Assembly: GCF_964213995.1 (NCBI RefSeq)
Contig: NW_027590731.1
Span: forward strand, 124,001 to 188,000
DNA from: Mustelus asterias
Lineage: Eukaryota
Direction of reading: 5' to 3'
DNA: 64,000 nucleotides
Shown here: positions 61,521 to 64,000 of the stretch, piece by piece
Position numbering within the stretch: position 1 is the stretch's first letter
How the letters are laid out: each line of letters opens with the position of its first letter
Notes under the pieces: model-generated
Told to the model about the DNA's origin: nothing
The model's input: the letters and a program-made list of their open reading frames with translations, nothing else
The model's database searches: none
Translations under genes and position numbers: made by a program

Positions 61521-62111
61521 TAAATGTTTATACTTCAAGATCGTTCCATTGAATGTACAGTGACAGCCAGTACCTTTTCTCCAAAGCGGCAGGTATATTT
61601 TTTAAGCATCGTCACAAACACATGTTCCTTCATTTGAACTATAGTGGGAAGGATTGCATAACTGGTTATCCGACCGCTGAACGGCGGCATAACCGCTCCT
61701 TCCTTCACCAACAGATCCTCGCTTTAGCCTTGAATTGGGAGTTTCTCTTCAAACGGCAGGGACGCTGGCAATGTGGTGAGTCAATCAGCCACTCCGACAT
61801 AAAATGCAATAATTGTTCAATAATTGCCTCAGTGCTTCATGGGGAAAATCTCGCAGTCATGGCTGAGCCACTCCCCCGATGGTAAGGCTTAAACGGACTG
61901 ATCCTGAATGAACCAAATCCTGGAGCAAGCCTGAGTTTGACGGCCACAATGATCAGAATCGGGTTTAAATGTCACCATCTGCTGTGTAAAACTGAAATAT
62001 TCCTCCCATAAAGCACTGACTGTGACCCGGCTCTGAGCGTTTCCAATCATTGGCAGTCAGCCAAAGGCAGCCAGCTCACCAGCCTGCCTATTCTCAATGT
62101 CACTGGGAACA

Positions 62112-62168
62112 TCAGGAAGTGAAGTGAAAACATCCTGAGACCCACAGCAGATTACTGAGGGCGGGGTT
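62112..62168 (+). promoter_or_regulatory. Putative V-gene promoter elements (Ets/IRF-like GGAAGTGAAGTGAAA, GC box GGGCGGGG)
   Basis: Motifs 60-110 bp upstream of leader ATG; motif match only. Confidence 0.45.
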
Positions 62169-62223
62169 TAGAACGGGTGTCTTCAAAATCCCCAACTCCT
62201 CTTCGACAGAGCGGACAGAGACA

Positions 62224-62686
62224 ATGCGGCTGCTCAGCATCTGGGTTGTGTGGGCAATATTTCTGACAGGTAAATGTGGACCAAACACATTTCAACTTTT
62301 TTGTTACATTTTTGAAACATGGTGTAAAACGAAATTTTCAACAGTCGCCGGTCAGATCTTTTTATATTTGTTTTTTCAGATCTGATTCATGGAGATTCTG
62401 TCACTCAGTCGCCGTCCTCAGATGTTAGGACAGAAGGAGAAGCGGTGACTTTAAATTGTAAATATGATACTGAAGCGAACAACTACGATCTATCCTGGTA
62501 CCGGCAGCACCCGGACTCACAGCCTCAGTTTATACTTTCGAAATACTCTCGCGGCGCTGAAGACAAAGCCGATTTTGCCAAAATCCGTTTCTCTGTTGAG
62601 CTCCAGACGGAGAATAAATTCAGCAGTTTAACCATCTCGGGTCTGAAGCTGGCTGACGCCGCCGTATATTACTGCGCTTTCAGACT
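62224..62686 (+). CDS. TRAV/DV: T-cell receptor alpha/delta variable gene segment (leader 62224-62269, intron 62270-62379, V exon 62380-62686)
   Basis: MRLLSIWVVWAIFLT|DLIHGDSVTQSPSSDVRTEGEAVTLNCKY..LSWYRQ..PQFIL..RFSVEL..SSLTISGLKLADAAVYYCAFR; phase-1 GT-AG intron, open frame. Confidence 0.93.
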
Positions 62687-62725
62687 CACAGTGACAGAAA
62701 ACAAGCTCAGCCCTGTACAAAAACT
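62687..62725 (+). other. V(D)J recombination signal sequence, 23-bp spacer
   Basis: CACAGTG + acagaaaacaagctcagccctgt (23 nt) + ACAAAAACT. Confidence 0.97.
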
Positions 62726-64000
62726 GCCTATTAATACAGAATACAGCTCCTGTCTGTTGTGGCTTGTGTAAAATCGCGGTAGATGTAGCCACAATGTACA
62801 GCAAAAGGAAACCAAGCCAACCTCGAATGAAACTGTTCCCAGGAGCAACGACACAAACAAACTGCCGATTTCAATCCGACAAACAGATCAGCACAGAGTC
62901 ATATTTGAAGATACCCGTTCTAATCCCCGCCTTTAATAATTTGTTCTCTACCCTGGGGATGTTCATGCCTCACTTCCCTATGTGACTCTGGTTCTGTGAG
63001 ACCACTTGGTGGCGATCTGGTGCTGACATGGAAAGAAAAGCGTCCGAACCTGGCTACAGTCAGTGTCTTGATAGGGGAACGGCCGCACTTTCAGAGACTG
63101 GGGGAGATGGAAGAGGTGGGCGGGGAATGTAATCCTGGTCTGTATATTATCATCAGAAAAATCTGGATTGTTAGTGCTGACAGAAACCACACCAGCCTCC
63201 AGGAAACATTCTGAAGCTCAGTGGGCACGAGGGAAAATTTACTTGGGGTTGGTTTAAAGATCACAGTCACCACTTTGCGAAATCTGTTCAATGTGAATAA
63301 GTTTTCTCTGATTCGGAACGTACTCTGTTTAAATAAACTGTGAGCAGGCCGCGGTCAAAGGCTCCAGGAAACTGGGAGGGGATATGAAGAGAGGGTTGTT
63401 CAATGTTACAGTCACGGAAATGTTTGTGGCTCAAAACTGGGTAGGAGCGCTGTTGGACATTTTTCATTAAGCGTGTGCGAAGTCTGTATGATTTAATTTC
63501 ATTACGCAACATTACACGAATCTCGATGTAACATCATTTCAAATGCTTTCAGGAATATCAGAAATGCTGTACTTTAGGACGCAATGTCAGGAAATAAATG
63601 TTTGTACACATTCGCAACTCGTTCAGTCCACAACAATATTTAATGGATTTATAGATGCAGACTAACATATGTAATCGCCATCTGAAACATGTCTAATGGT
63701 ATTGCGTGCTCTAAGACATAGACACAAGTAAAACTGTAAGTGAACTAGAGGAAATGGCGCACAATTTCCATAAGTATTTTTAAAAAATTGTTCTTCATGA
63801 TAAAGAATTAGGAAAAACCTCTCGGGCAGATGAGGCAATCGTGGATCAGTGCGGACCTGCTGGGCCTACTGTAGATGAACGAGATTTCAGCGCCAGAATG
63901 TTTCACACATAGAAAAAAGAGGGATCAAGTATAACTAACAGGTCATTTTTCAATCTGTTTCCTTGAAGGATGTTTGATTTTGTTTAAAAGATGACTATGG

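Noticed and set aside
62445-62771. ORF-track start and end for the V gene
   Set aside because: Real gene begins in a spliced leader exon at 62224 and coding ends at the RSS (62686); the ORF tail is RSS read-through

Overview
Vertebrate genomic DNA, most consistent with a cartilaginous fish (HE1-like V-SINEs, Deu-type SINEs, shark-type CR1 and Penelope elements, a GPR139/142-like GPCR pseudogene). No prokaryotic features. 1-8.7 kb: two CR1 LINEs flanking a retroviral/LTR relic. About 8.7-57 kb: a decaying, segmentally duplicated tRNA array with direct and inverted repeats of a multi-tRNA module (Asn, Val, Cys, Pro, Glu, Thr, Leu, Lys; mostly pseudogenes), interrupted by Penelope, CR1, Rex/Babar and SINE insertions. 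The last 5 kb hold the edge of a T-cell receptor alpha/delta-type V array: one V relic and one intact V gene with leader exon, intron and 23-RSS. Most notable: (1) tRNA-Pro(TGG) genes with an 18-nt intron at the canonical 37/38 site, an isotype not among the usual vertebrate intron-containing tRNAs; (2) a 991-bp palindrome with apparently identical arms, centred on a micro-hairpin of a young CR1 3' end, which duplicates a tRNA-Asn gene and looks like foldback-driven tRNA gene birth. All identities and boundaries were read by eye; repeat family names are tentative.
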